DNA of 64,000 nt from Nemertoderma westbladi (Eukaryota > Animalia > Xenacoelomorpha). The stretch covers positions 14,300-78,299 of the forward strand of contig JAUCBJ010008910.1 of NCBI GenBank assembly GCA_032718475.1, written 5' to 3'. Shown here one piece after another: positions 1 through 12,563 of the stretch (positions within the stretch are counted from its first letter, which is position 1; every line of letters starts with the position of its first letter). The notes under the pieces were generated by a model that was given only the letters and a program-made list of their open reading frames with translations, did not search any database and was not told where the DNA came from. The translations under genes and the position numbers were made by a program.

Positions 1-603
1 AATGGGAACTCAAAACCCAATGAAGCGAAAATGGATGAGCCAAAAACTGGTGCAACCATAAATCCTACAGCGCCACAAACAATAGATAAACTAGCTAATA
101 AAGTTCTTTGTGCAGGCCACAATTCCATCAATAGACTGTATGAATACATATACACTGATGTTGAGTCCAATTGCCTCAATTATGCGCAGAGAAAAACAAG
201 CGAATATATATAACCCATTGTTGTTGTTTGGGATATATTCTACAAACCCAAATGCCAATTGGGAGACAGCCCCAATAATTCCAAATAGGCCCAAAGAGAT
301 ACGAATTCCCCAATTGTTGATAGAATGAGGGCAACTAATGTATATTATAAGTCTGACCATAGCAAACATTGCCAATAATGCACCAATCAGAGTCTTCGAC
401 CAACCACGCTCTTCTACAACAATTGGAAAGAATGTTTCCAGTAGATTCTGACACCAACCTGGTATCATTTGATACATCAGCAACATGGCCACCAACATGT
501 AAAGTCTCCAGCCCTTTCGATGACTATTCTGGTTAGTAATAATTTTATTTGTTTCATCATAAGGTATAACGGAAGCTGCTCCTTCTGACATCTTGTAGAC
601 CAA
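1..603 (-). pseudogene. Frameshifted copy of the SLC18B1-like MFS transporter (runs off the left edge)
   Basis: Near-identical to 38989-39590. A 1-bp insertion near 146-152 (tgaatacatatacac vs tgaatatataacac) shifts the frame and gives an early stop at 91. Could also be a sequence error. Confidence 0.75.
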
Positions 604-1699
604 CTTCTAATTGATTATTAATATTGCAGAGCTACTTCAAATTGATTAATTTATTTTATATTAATTAATATGATTATCTTAATAGCCCATGTATTGCTAG
701 TTATATCGAAATTGAATGTATGCCTACACGCTATCATGCTATATACTGACAACCACAGTCGATAATCATTATAAACCTTGATATTCCTTACCAGCGTAGT
801 ATCTATTGTGTTAATGTTGCAGCAACGCCTTAACATAAGCCGTTGTTTTGTATTACTATCTCAAAGAAATGCAAAGAAATTGCACTTAGAATAATAGATA
901 TATCTATTATTCTAAGTGCAATTTCTTTGCATTGTGGCTTTCGATTTGTTATGGCTGCAATGTCTACGCTAAAGGCTCACCTAACTGGATATCCACTGGG
1001 AAGCAGAACCTCAAAATTCTGCCAATCACCTTTCTTCTTATTGATGATGGGCTGTTTTCTGAGAAAGAAATTCATTTAACACTATTTGACCCCGGGCTAT
1101 TTTTCCTACGTAATTGGTGCGGGGGAGTGCCATTTAGAAATTTTTTAGTTTTCTTCATATCTTGGCTGAATAATTACAATTTTTAAGATATAATGGTTTT
1201 CAAAGAGCTGAAAAATATTACACAATAAATATTATCTGGTAAAGTATAACCATATATATTTTGTGATGCTATTCTGGTGGGACGAAAAATACGAAAATTA
1301 AAAACTGAAAATTGTTGTTTTCTATTCATGTGTTTCAGGGTCTTTATCCCCCTAAAATAAACACAAAAAATATTTTAGATATTTCATTCATTCCCATTCT
1401 TTTCACTAACATTTAAATTTCCCGCGAACACTAATAATTCGATAAATTCTTCACTCCATCACCTAAAATACCAGACATTCGTACTCATTCATTCTTATGA
1501 ATGAATGTCAAAAATTGATTATACGGGTTTTAGGTCGCTGATCACGATTGCACTTGTTTAAAAAATTTTATTGTAGTCCTCTAACTGTCAAAATTGTTAT
1601 AAATTTGTGCTACACTAATTGTATTGGATGCCACATTGATACATATTCAAAAATACCATATTCAATGAGCTGCGATATATTTGAGTGTCATTCGTGTTC

Positions 1700-4600
1700 T
1701 ACTACTACTACTACTACTAGGATCGGCATGCTGCATTGCAGCTGCATTTTTAAGAATGCTGTGCCGGCTTGTCAACAAAATTGCACCGCCACAACTCCCT
1801 ATCACCCATGACATTTGCTAGATCATCCGCATCTTTAAGGCCAGTGTCCTTTAAGATGCGTCTCAAGAAAGTCATGGGCTGTCCACCATGCTTATTCACT
1901 CCATGAGGCTGCCAAAGTACAAGATTATGCACTGGCTGGTCCTCACGGCGAAAGCAATGTCCTGCAAAGCGGAGGCGATTTTGTTCTAGTGTCAAGCTTG
2001 GGGGAACCAATGAGACACCTCCAATGTTATATAGTGTCTGGTTGGAGATGTGTGCATTGTACTTGACACAATGAACCCGGCGTAGCATTCTTGTGAATGT
2101 GCCATCCAGAGATTTGGTGTCCTCAGCAGTTAGAGCCCAGCATGGACTCCCGTAGAGGAGTACTGGAACTACTGCTGCTCTAAATAATCGGACCTTAAGT
2201 TTCCGATTAATTCTCGGTGACTTCCAAATCCTGGAAAGCCTATTCAAGGCTGCCCATGCCTTTCCCTTACGTATTCGAAGGTCCTCACCTGACTTCCGGA
2301 TCCATGATCCCAGGTAACAGAAGTCGTCCACATGCTCAAGCATACCATCCTTTGAGCTTATGCTCATCCGATCAGAGACTTGCTGAGGACTTTCAAAGTT
2401 AACTGTCAGAATTTTGGTCTTTCTGGAGTTAATAAAAAGACCAACACTAGAAGCAGCATGTTCTAATGAGCTGAGGAGCCGTTGGGCTCCCTCTAATGAT
2501 TCTGAGAGTACTCCTAAGTCATCAGCAAAGTCTAGATCAGTTAGGTACTTGGCAGGATTTCCTCGACTTCTGGAGCCAGTAGGTGGAGTTATCATCACCC
2601 CATCATCATTATAATGATCTAAGGACATGCGTAGAACATAGTCAACCACAATAATGAACAAGAATGGTGCAAGTGTGTCTCCTTGGAGGACGCCCCATAA
2701 CACTTCAAATGGTTCTGTGTCACCGTCAACAGTAGACACAAATGTTGTCGAACCATCGTATACTGATCTGATTGCTGCAATAATTTCATCAGGAATTCCA
2801 TATAATGAAAGTATGCTGAACATACGTGAGCGAGAGACTGAATCAAAGGCCTTGAAGAAGTCAACAAAGATAACAGCCAGATGCCTGTCTTTCTTTTTTG
2901 ATAACTCTTCAATTATCCTTCTAAGTGCCAAAATGGGCTCCATGGTCCCACGACCTTTACGGAACCCATTCTGATTTCCACGGAGCAGTCTCTCAATGGG
3001 ATCCCTGATGCGATTTAATAGAATCCTATTGTATAGCTTTGCAGCAATCGAGATCAATGAGATTCCCCGAAAAGAACCATAGAGTGTTAGGTTGCCCTTC
3101 TTGGGAACTGGCACCAACTTATTTGTTTTCATTTCTTGTGGGACTCTTGTTGTTCGGTACATGTCTACTATGATGGGATAGATGAGCTTTAAACACTCAG
3201 GTATTTTAAAGACCTCAGGGGGAACACCATCTACTCCACTGGCACGATTGGTCTTAATGCTCTTTGCAGCAGCCTTCACTTCTGCAAAGGAGATATCGCC
3301 AATGGGAATATCTGGGAGTACAGACTCAGACACTTTTACTTCTATAAAGTTATCAGGCAATACCCTGTCATTATTGAGGAGCTTTTCAAAGTGGGCTTTC
3401 CAACCATTGAGGCGATCGGCTGGTGATTCAGCCTTAACCTTGGTGGTTGGTTGGCTTTTCCGCCCAGTAAGCAGATTGATCGATTTCCATGCCTGGGACG
3501 ATTGCCTGCTGTCGTCAGCATCATTGATGGCATCAACCTGTTGGTTTATTAGCTCCTGTAGATTAGCAGAGTACTGCCTGTTCAGGGACTTAGATGCAGC
3601 CTTAACTGCATTCTTGGCCGCTGTAGTCTGTTTGAGTCGGGACTCTTTCTGCGCCTTATGAAGGTCATTTCGGCACTTCTGAATTTTGTTGTCAGTCCAG
3701 GGGGCCCTTTTCCTGTTTCGAGGGTATACAGGAACTGTTTCTGCAGCTGCTAGCTTAACTGCTTCTGTAAAGGCAGTATAGCCCTCACAGTGATCTGCCG
3801 CCTCAGAGGCAAGAGCCTCATACCTGTTGCTCAGCTGTAGTGTGAAGCTGGATCTCACACTTGGCTGTTGCAACAGAGAGGACCAGTCATGCCGCGGCAA
3901 GGCAGATTTCGTTGTTCTGCTAGCACGCAGACTAAGTCTTACCTTGGCCACAATAAGGCGGTGATCACTGGAGAAGGGTCGAAGTGTAAATGCATTACAG
4001 TCTTGTATAGAGCTCCTGTATTTCCTACGAAACAGAATATGGTCTATCTGGGACTTGTGACCACTGGGTCCACTATGAGTCCATAGCTTTCCAGTTCGCT
4101 TCTTGAACTGGGTTCCAGCCGAAAACAATCCATTTCCAGAGATAAAATCCTGAAGATGGACAGAATTTCGGTTAACACTATTGCTATAGACCCAGGGCGA
4201 TGTAGGTGATTGATGCAGACTTGCATTAAAGTCTCCCAGGAATGTTAAGAATGCATGCTGATCCACTCCATCAGTAGCTGCTTGTAGATTGTGGTAGAAA
4301 TTTTCCACCTCCTCTACAGGGGCAACACTAGTTGGAGAGTAGCACACAATCAGAACCACCTTAGGAAACTTCTTAGCCAGTCTTCCAGAACATGAGAAGT
4401 GGCAACGGATGATGCGGTTAGAGATTTGGTCTATTTTGTCCAATGCTGCATGTGCAGTTGGATTCATCAATAGACCAATTCCACCATTGCCACTATCATC
4501 TGCTGACGCGAGGGCGAGTCGCCAACCGCCCCCCATGTCCTTAATCAGAACCTCATCAGTCTGTCCAGTCTGCATTCGGTGCTCTTGAACACCCACTGCG

Positions 4601-5463
4601 CTAAGAGAAAGCTTATCTGCCAAGGCAGTCAGCTCACCTTGTCGCATTGGGGACCCGAGTGTTAGGGTGTTTACTGAGGCTAGTCTTGTGACTTGCCTCA
4701 GATTCACCAATGGCTTTGTTGGTCGGGGTGGAACATGAGAGTAGCCTCCAACTCCAGAATCCCTCTCCCCATCACAATCTGGCCTTCCTGGTGACCCAGG
4801 GTTTGGGCCAGAAAGGTCATCAGGAAAGGGGCTCAAAGAATTGTTGGCAGCTCTCTCTCCAGTAGGGGGTGAGACAGGCAGCCGGTCAGGAGTTAACTGA
4901 CGCCTGTGAGGCCGATTGTGTCCGGTAATTCCACTGGCCTCTAGTGGCCGGACCTCCGCATTGCTAATGTAATCCATAGTGGGGGTTGGGGGGTGCTTTT
5001 TTGCCGAGTCAGCTCTCGGGGCAAATACCACACCCTGGTTTGCCATTCCACAGGGTGGGTGTCGCAATGGAGTCAGATATGAGGCCCATCACCCATATCT
5101 ACTCTGGCGCACATGACCCACCATTGGCTGTTGCAGCTCATCTGCTGGGTCATGCCCTGTACCCTTGCTGCCAGGTGCAGGTCGCAGTGAAGTGCTCTCA
5201 GAGTGGACATGAGAACACTCTACTCCTGACCAGCCATTGGTAGATCACCATCTGCCTGGTCAGGCCATATACCCCTGCAGCCAAGTATATGGGTCCTTAA
5301 TCCAGGACCAAGGGCGTCCTTATTCCAGAACGAAGGGGGTCCTAGTTACAGGTCCAGATTTGCCCTAGTAAGAGGGTCTATGCAGCTACAGGTGGCACCT
5401 CCTTTATGCTACATGGAGGTGGCAAGTTTTCTTGATCAATGACCTAGAATACCTGACCTGACC
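1700..5463 (-). mobile_element. Full-length RTE-clade LINE, family 1
   Basis: 27-bp TSD CGATATATTTGAGTGTCATTCGTGTTC at 1673-1699 and 5464-5490. (TAG)n 3' tail, about 400-nt 5' UTR, and an empty site in the duplicate near 40660-40686. Confidence 0.96.
1750..5067 (-). CDS. RTE single ORF: APE endonuclease + reverse transcriptase
   Basis: Uninterrupted 1105 aa. EN motifs VGVQEHR, GDFNA, IDHIL, SDH; RT motifs FRGISL, QNGFR, FVDFFKAFDSV, GVLQGDTLAP, FADD, YLGS. The listed start is TTG; the first ATG is 7 codons downstream. Confidence 0.95.
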   Translation of the reverse strand: MRHPPCGMANQGVVFAPRADSAKKHPPTPTMDYISNAEVRPLEASGITGHNRPHRRQLTPDRLPVSPPTGERAANNSLSPFPDDLSGPNPGSPGRPDCDGERDSGVGGYSHVPPRPTKPLVNLRQVTRLASVNTLTLGSPMRQGELTALADKLSLSAVGVQEHRMQTGQTDEVLIKDMGGGWRLALASADDSGNGGIGLLMNPTAHAALDKIDQISNRIIRCHFSCSGRLAKKFPKVVLIVCYSPTSVAPVEEVENFYHNLQAATDGVDQHAFLTFLGDFNASLHQSPTSPWVYSNSVNRNSVHLQDFISGNGLFSAGTQFKKRTGKLWTHSGPSGHKSQIDHILFRRKYRSSIQDCNAFTLRPFSSDHRLIVAKVRLSLRASRTTKSALPRHDWSSLLQQPSVRSSFTLQLSNRYEALASEAADHCEGYTAFTEAVKLAAAETVPVYPRNRKRAPWTDNKIQKCRNDLHKAQKESRLKQTTAAKNAVKAASKSLNRQYSANLQELINQQVDAINDADDSRQSSQAWKSINLLTGRKSQPTTKVKAESPADRLNGWKAHFEKLLNNDRVLPDNFIEVKVSESVLPDIPIGDISFAEVKAAAKSIKTNRASGVDGVPPEVFKIPECLKLIYPIIVDMYRTTRVPQEMKTNKLVPVPKKGNLTLYGSFRGISLISIAAKLYNRILLNRIRDPIERLLRGNQNGFRKGRGTMEPILALRRIIEELSKKKDRHLAVIFVDFFKAFDSVSRSRMFSILSLYGIPDEIIAAIRSVYDGSTTFVSTVDGDTEPFEVLWGVLQGDTLAPFLFIIVVDYVLRMSLDHYNDDGVMITPPTGSRSRGNPAKYLTDLDFADDLGVLSESLEGAQRLLSSLEHAASSVGLFINSRKTKILTVNFESPQQVSDRMSISSKDGMLEHVDDFCYLGSWIRKSGEDLRIRKGKAWAALNRLSRIWKSPRINRKLKVRLFRAAVVPVLLYGSPCWALTAEDTKSLDGTFTRMLRRVHCVKYNAHISNQTLYNIGGVSLVPPSLTLEQNRLRFAGHCFRREDQPVHNLVLWQPHGVNKHGGQPMTFLRRILKDTGLKDADDLANVMGDRELWRCNFVDKPAQHS

Positions 5464-6875
5464 CGATATATTTGAGTGTCATTCGTGTTCAGCATGACCA
5501 AACCCATAATGTCATAAAATCAGGTTGATTTTTCATGAGAATATTTGCACTATTTTTTTTTCGTGCCCCTAGGTGCACTTATCAAAATTATCAGAATTTT
5601 TCTCGAATGTTATATTTGAGTTCCATAATCGCAATCAGCATTCAAAAAACCTCTACATACTGAAAATTTATTTTTTTTGGCAGCCATTTAAAACTTTCAA
5701 ATATTTCACCACGAAAAATATAGGTGCCAGAATGGTGCTAGAATGGTCAGAAACCATGAAAACTAACAACGCTATTTAATAGAAATGTCACGAAATCTAG
5801 GTTTTTACAACAAATCTGGCTCAAAGATACAGCAGGTGAATTACAACAAAATTTATAAAATGAAACAGGCACGGAGGCCAAATAGATCCCAAAAGTTTCG
5901 TGGAATGAACAAGTAGGATGCCTTTCAATTACTTTGAAGTCTTTACACATCTCGCGCCTGTCAGACAGCCAATGCAATGTGGGCTCTCTATTGAGTTTCA
6001 TGATGTGTTTATGCGGTTTGTAAAGTTTTGTAAGTCTTGGTTTGTATACAATGAACTACCATTTATTGTTTGCTGCCAAGTCCTGTTGTTGTGTAATGCG
6101 TTGGTCATCCATCAGGTGATCCATCATATTACACCCCACAAGTGATGCGAGAACAAATATGCATGCATGTTAAAATCAAGAATGTTGAGAAAACAAACCG
6201 AACTGTCTATGTGGAAGATATGGATATGAGCCCATGCAACCTTCTAAAGAACAAGTCAGTTTTACGGCCTCAGTAATCGAACATATGGAACTAGCAGTAG
6301 GCGCAGGGACCATCTGTTCAATGACCTGTTTGCTGAACTGAACCCCTGCATACGCATCTGAAACTTCAAATTTTCGAAAGTTGAATGCCTTTTACTTTGC
6401 GTTTTTCTACGATATTCCGCTGAACGTCATAAAATCGGAATTATACATTTTAAAAGGGAATAGCACAACAGTGAATCGAAGTGGATAAAGATTGTTTGAT
6501 AGATGCTTTTTAATCAACCTGGAACACATGTTATGTCCACAACAGTACAAGTTTCTGCTGATTGACCAAGAATAAATTATTTTTCATGCTTTGTTCATTC
6601 ATTCTCTCATATAATATATTTCTTTGTACTGCATAAACCCTAATCAACAGGATTTCAATTTCATTTGATTCCTATATGGCAGGGAGATAGAGTGAATTTC
6701 TAACTCCCAGGTTTGATCACTAACTCCAATTCTTTTTGTATTCCACCAGCCAGTAGAAGCTAAGTTCCCAAATCCCTGGTGGGACATGGTGGTGTACTTG
6801 AGCAAGTGGCTTACATCACCACCCTGGAGAAGTACATAAAGGATGTAATTGTAGCAATTACAACTTAACTGCTGC

Positions 6876-7230
6876 CATCAAGACTTACTGGCAAACTGTA
6901 AATGATGTACCTGTATGGTAAAGTTGTGCATTGAGGTCAGCCCTACAAGGAAAATATATGACAAGATGCTTCAAGAAACAGAGGGCTTTTCATTCACTAC
7001 ACCTGCCGAACCTCAGAGAAGCATTAAAAGCATGCCCAATCAAATAGCATGTGGGTCTGATTAAATCCCTCAGAGGTATAGAAAACAGGAGCACTGAACA
7101 GACCATTATTGAATGTTTGCAAACATATGTTGTAATGGAAGCTATTAACTAAAGCCTCTCCACAAGAAAGGAGACCCCATTGAACCAACAAACTATCCTA
7201 GTATTGGTCTCCTTGTAGTTGCTGCCGAAA
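6876..7230 (+). mobile_element. Old degraded RTE family 2 fragment (duplicated at about 42067-42420)
   Basis: Gapped similarity to 10880-11320 (tcaagacttac.tggcaaactgtaaatga; gaggtcagccctacaaggaaaatatatgacaaga). Confidence 0.7.
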
Positions 7231-7404
7231 CATGGGTCCTACTAATCTTCCAGAAGAACAACAAAAATATGTCACGCTATTTTGAAGATTTCCCCCCCCC
7301 CCCCCCCCCCCCCCTCCCCCCCTTGAACGTCACTTCACAAAAATAAACCAGTATAGTTGATAAAAAATGTTACATTTGTACATTTGAAATTATGATTCCC
7401 TGTA

Positions 7405-7508
7405 CTTAGTTCCAATTTAAACCTCATGCGAATTTAGTTCCAATGGAAACGAATTTAGTTCCAAGTTTGGCGAATGTAGTTCCAATTTAGGCGATCTTAG
7501 TTCCAATA
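7405..7508. repeat. Five spaced copies of TAGTTCCAA (subterminal-repeat-like, possible MITE end)
   Basis: Motif recurs at roughly 21-27 bp spacing. Confidence 0.55.
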
Positions 7509-8615
7509 ACTAGAGAAAAACGAAAACGAATTAAGAATAAAAATACAAAAATAAACCAGTATAGTTGATAAAAAATGTTACATTTGAAATTAACATGTTA
7601 ATACTACAAGTTCTGGAACCAGTATATTTAGTAAGATTTTATGTGTGTGTAGGTGTACCTGTACGTATATGTGGTCCGCATTACGTAATGACTGTATCAC
7701 TATTTAATTAAATCAATGTCATGTATGTGTTTTGTACGATTTTGCATAGCTAAGTTAGTGTTGTTGGCTTTATGCTCCAACTAAATAATTTAACTGAAAA
7801 TTGGGATCGTTAAATAAAATTTAAGTTTTGGCATAGAAGTTATGTATAACGATATTTTTCACGGCCCATTCCGCAAAATTAGTATTTTATCTACTTGAAA
7901 CTTATGGTGTGTTGTGGAATTGACTTCAGCCGGTTCCAATCAACATAGCATAAGTGAGTCTTAACTTTTGGCTAATCCAATTATAATAATTTTACGTATG
8001 ATCAACTATGAATTGATCAAACAAGTGATTACTTCTAGCGCTTACTATTGATCCCAGGAATTGTAAGTCCGATAGCTGTTTTAGACTGGCATGCAACTGA
8101 CTAAGAAACTCTAAAGGGAACAGATTGGGGGAACGCAGACGGAATGAACCGCTCATAAAGTATGATAAAGTGGACAAACGGATCGAGTTCCCCGAGTATC
8201 CTCGACGTGTGTGGAACGACATGGCGGATATCATGAGTTGGAGTGACGAAACGCACAGAGATAGAGGTTCATTTACCTTTACTCGACGCCGTTAGGGACT
8301 CTTTTTGAAGTTCTAACTACACCAAGCGTTCGTATTACTCGCCCATTACGGCTACAAACTTGAATTCGACGTCAGGTAGTCTGGCTATGGGCCACTCGTG
8401 TTCCTCAATGAACTCTACGGGCTGGAGCTGATACTTATTATAATGTAAATCATTTATTGATTTCCCAGTGGCATGGTATTCGTCCTGCAGTCGCAATTCC
8501 CTGGCGACTTTGCAATCGGGACGCACGAGACCCCACCATTGGCATATGGCACGCTACCCTGATCAATGACACCTTAAAATGAAGGATATCAGCATTATGA
8601 ATCAGAAAGTACATC

Positions 8616-8733
8616 ATTATATTGTACCAAAGAAAGTCTGTTTTGTATTATATTGTACCAAAGAAAGTCTGTTTTGTATTATATTGTACCAAAGAAAGTC
8701 TGTTTTGTATTATATTGTACCAAAGAAAGTCTA
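8616..8733. repeat. 31-bp minisatellite, about 3.8 copies
   Basis: Unit TATTATATTGTACCAAAGAAAGTCTGTTTTG. Confidence 0.9.
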
Positions 8734-9016
8734 TTTCTGTTATATTTGAATTCCACTTAAATGTATGCTATGTTTATTTACTACAATTATTTTTTCAATA
8801 CATTTTATTGATACGGTACAAATATTTAAAAATTTATGAAGTAGAGAATTTTGATACAGATAAAGTTTAATCTTACTTAATCAGTTTTACTTTTATATTA
8901 TAGTTCAAAGTATCCATTGTAGTATGTCTTACCTGTCCTAATACCTAATTATAATATGTTAATTATATATTGTGCAATATGTAAAAATAATTACGCCGTG
9001 TTGTACTTTGTTGTAA

Positions 9017-9556
9017 GGCCCCCCCCCCCCCCCCCCCCCCCTCACACGGAGCAACTTGTTTCTGAAACTTGTTGCTGAAACTTGTTGCTGGACCCCCTCA
9101 CACACAGAAACAAGTTGCTGCAACTTGTTTCTGCAACGTGTTTCAGAAACTTGTTTCAGCAACTTGTTGCTGGACCCCCTCACACACAGAAACGTGTTGC
9201 TCACGAAAATAACAATTATTTCAAAACAAATAGCTAACATGTCCAGTGATTTATATATAATATCAAATCACTCAATTTATCGAATATTAGCTCTAATGAA
9301 AAAATTTGATGTAAAAAAGGTTTTTAAAAAAGTTGCTGGTAATATTACCAGCAACTTCCAGCAACTTGTTGCTGGACCCCCTCACACACAGAAATAAGTT
9401 TCGGAAACAAGTTGCAGCAACTTGCTGCTGGACTCCTCACACACAGAAACAAGTTTCGGAAACAAGTTGCAGCAACAAGTTTCTGTGTGTGAGGTAGTCC
9501 AGCAACAAGTTTCAGAAACAAGTTGCAGAAACAAGTTGCTCCGTGTGAGGGAGGCC
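9017..9556. mobile_element. PIF/Harbinger-type MITE
   Basis: Long TIRs GGCC(C)nCTCACACGGAGCAACTTGTTTCTG / CAGAAACAAGTTGCTCCGTGTGAGGGAGGCC. TAA TSD at 9014-9016 and 9557-9559. Internal GCAACTTGTT repeats. Confidence 0.88.
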
Positions 9557-10392
9557 TAAGTCGTGAATTTGCGAAAATTCACTGGCGATGGGTGTAAGCG
9601 CGTATTATTTCCGTTATACTGTTTCGGGATAACATTATTGATGGCAGTTTAATTTAATTAGTATCTTTACGTAATCATAATAGTTAATGTTATTAGCCAA
9701 GTTTACAGTCTAACTTACGTTGTGGCTCGTCCCATATGCAGGATTGTTATCTGCTCGCACTATTATACTGTATGTAGCCTATTGTATTATTGCCAATAGA
9801 ACATATCATGTTCATTTACTAGACGTAAGATGGCGTATTGCTAGCTGATATATATAGGCATGACACAGCAGTGTTAGAGCCATTATTATTATTATTATTA
9901 TTGTTATCTGATATCTGACTTCCGGTGGCAGAGTGACATTCAGTATTTTGATGGTACCGGTAGCGGTAATATGAATCCGTCAATGTATATGGAGTAGCGG
10001 GGCCTATTTCGGGCTGATGGCTGGTTCAGTCTAGGATGTGATAGGACTAGTTCGCGCTAGGGTTTCACGGGATTTATATTGTGGGGGGATTATATTATAT
10101 GGTACGGTATCAAAATTAAAAATACTATAATGTTCAATGTATTGTGGTAATTATTGTGATACGTAACAAAGCCCCACAGTTTTATTTTGTGCTATTGCTA
10201 ATGCTAATGCAATGCTATTGCTAATGCTATTGCTATAAATTACAATAAATTGCTGTACATCGTTTTATATTCGAGTAATAATTTCGTTAATTGCATTTCA
10301 GTATTTGATTGACAAGACAGAGTAAAACTGTAAAATAAACAAGAAAGTTTTGTATAAAACTTGAGCATTTTAAAAGCATCTATCTCTCAATT

Positions 10393-12563
10393 GAGTGAAC
10401 CGTTGGTTCGGACCACAGAATTGTGACTGCAGAGATCAGACTCAGTTTGAGAGCCAGCAAACCCAGGACAAGCAAGCAAATCAACTATGACTGGGAGAAA
10501 CTCAGAACTGACAATGCTGTAAAGGATGCTTATACAGTAGAAGTTCAAAACCGCTTTGAAGCACTTCAGTCAATGGATGGAGACCAATCCACCGATTCAA
10601 TATACCAGAATATAATAACAGCCCACAAGGAATCAGCTAAGAGGCATATCCCCCAGAAACCTAAACGAAAACAGTATGTGCCATGGCAAAACTCTGAGGT
10701 TACTTGTAAGAGAGAAGATCTTAAGATAGCCTACAAAGTTAAAACCGAACAACCAACAACCGAAAACATTAACAAGGTTGAGAAAGCTAAGGACGATCTT
10801 AAATTGGCCTACAACATCAGCCAGGAAAAGTACATACAGGATAAAACTGAAGCAATTACAACTGCTCACATACAGCAACAATCAAGACTTACCTGGCAAA
10901 CTGTAAATGAGGTATCTGGTCGGAAAAGTTGTGCAAAGGGGCGCCTCAAAGCCGATAGTCCTGGAAAAATCACTTCAGCAACTTGCTTGGGCAGCCACCA
11001 AACATCGAGGTCAGCCCTACAAGGAAAATATATGACAAGACACTACCTATAGAAACAGGGGACTTCACACCTGCCGAACTCCAAAGAAGCATTAAAAGCA
11101 TGTCCAATAATAAAGCGAGTGGATTAGATGAAATCCCAGCGGAGGTATGGAAAACCAGAGTGCTAAATAGACCATTATTGAATGTTTGCAACCGGATGTT
11201 AAAAGGGGAAAAGCCACCACCAATTTGGACTAAAGGTCAACTAAAGCCTCTCCCCAAGAAAGGAGACCTCGGCATACCAAGAAACTATTGTGGGATCTGT
11301 CTGCTTGTGGTAGCTGCCAAAATATACAATAAAATGATTCTATATAGGATTAGGCCTCACATAGAGAAACTACTGCGTAAGAGCCAAAACGGATTTCGAC
11401 CAAGTAGATCAACAATAGCTCAGATACTTGCACTACGGAGACTGATTGAAGGAATTAAGTCAAAGAATCTCCCCGCTGTCATGACTTTTGTGGACTTCAA
11501 GAAGGCATTCGACTCCATCCATAGAGGTAAAATGCTTGAAATCCTAAGAGCTTATGGAATACCAGAAGTAATTGTTGCTGGCATTGGATTGTTATATTGT
11601 GACACAGAAGCGCAGGTACTCTCACCAGATGGTGAAACTGAGTTTTTCTCAATCCTGGCTGGCGTACTGCAAGGTGACACATTAGCACCATTACTATTTG
11701 TAATTGTGCTGGATTACGCAATGAGGACGGCCACAAAGGGTGAAGACCTGGGATACACACTTCAAGAATGCAGAAGTAGTAGATATCCGGCAACTACAGT
11801 CACAGACACCGACTTTGCGGATGACATCGCCCTGCTCTCTAATACGCTAGCAGATGCACAGCTTCTACTAAATAAAGTGAAGAGGGCTGCTAAGGAGGTT
11901 GGATTGCATATAAATGCTACCAAGACCGAATTCATGACCTTTAATGTTGATGGAAACTTGACAACCATTGATAATAATCAACTAAGGAAGGTCGATGACT
12001 TCCAGTACCTTGGATCATGGATAGAGAGTAGCAAAAAGGACATAGAAGTTAGGAAAGCAAAGGCTTGGGTAGCTCTATCAAAAATGGATACCATCTGGAA
12101 ATCAGATCTCTCCAGGCACCTGAAGACTAAGTTCTTTCGAGCCACAGTGGAAAGTGTATTTTTATACAGCGGTGAGACCTGGACACTGACTAAATCACTT
12201 GAACAACGAATTGATGGTTGCTACACAAGACTACTAAGGGCAGCCCTAAACATCAGCTGGAGACAACACATGATAAACGCCGAGCTTTATGGTACAATAC
12301 CACCTGTATCAACCACCCTCCGTGAACGCAGATTAAGATTCAGTGGGCACTGCTGGCGAAGTAAAGACGAGGTCATACCACATCTACTTCTCTGGCAACC
12401 AACTCATGGAAAGCGTAGTCGTGGACGACCTGCCATAACATATATAGATCAACTTGAAAGGGATACTGAACTTGGGAGAAACGAAATTGCGACAACTATG
12501 GAGAATCGGGAAGCCTGGAAGGATCTCATTTCCACTGTCCGAGTTCGCTCGATCTAGTAGTAG
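10393..12563 (+). mobile_element. 5'-truncated RTE LINE, family 2
   Basis: 12-bp TSD TATCTCTCAATT at 10381-10392 and 12564-12575, (TAG)3 tail, about 10 extra nt at the 5' junction. Confidence 0.93.
10423..12557 (+). pseudogene. RTE family 2 EN end/linker + RT, frameshifted near 10965
   Basis: ORFs 10423-11052 and 10983-12557 with QNGFR, FVDFKKAFDSI, GVLQGDTLAP, FADD, YLGS. Confidence 0.9.

Larger units (their letters stand above)
1..8231. repeat. Segmental duplication copy A (partner: 38989-42447 plus 60833-61333)
   Basis: Colinear near-identity at initial offset 38988. The RTE at 1700-5463 is absent from copy B, the 42448-60832 nest is absent from copy A, and about 7370-7848 is missing from copy B. 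Confidence 0.92.

Noticed and set aside
2217-4226. Small overlapping or antisense ORFs within RTE (and likewise within BEL and Gypsy ORFs)
   Set aside because: Shadow frames of long coding sequences. They recur only because the elements are multicopy.
5500-6500. Degraded DNA transposase upstream of the MFS gene
   Set aside because: Only a faint DG.P.H-like trace with stops. No TIR or TSD could be defined.
6760-6830. tRNA-derived SINE head
   Set aside because: A partial resemblance (CTTGAGCAAG) without an intact B box or defined ends.
7292-7322. Poly-C tracts (also 9019-9041 and 60878-60898) as functional G-quadruplexes
   Set aside because: Length differs between the duplicated copies, consistent with homopolymer slippage or sequencing noise.
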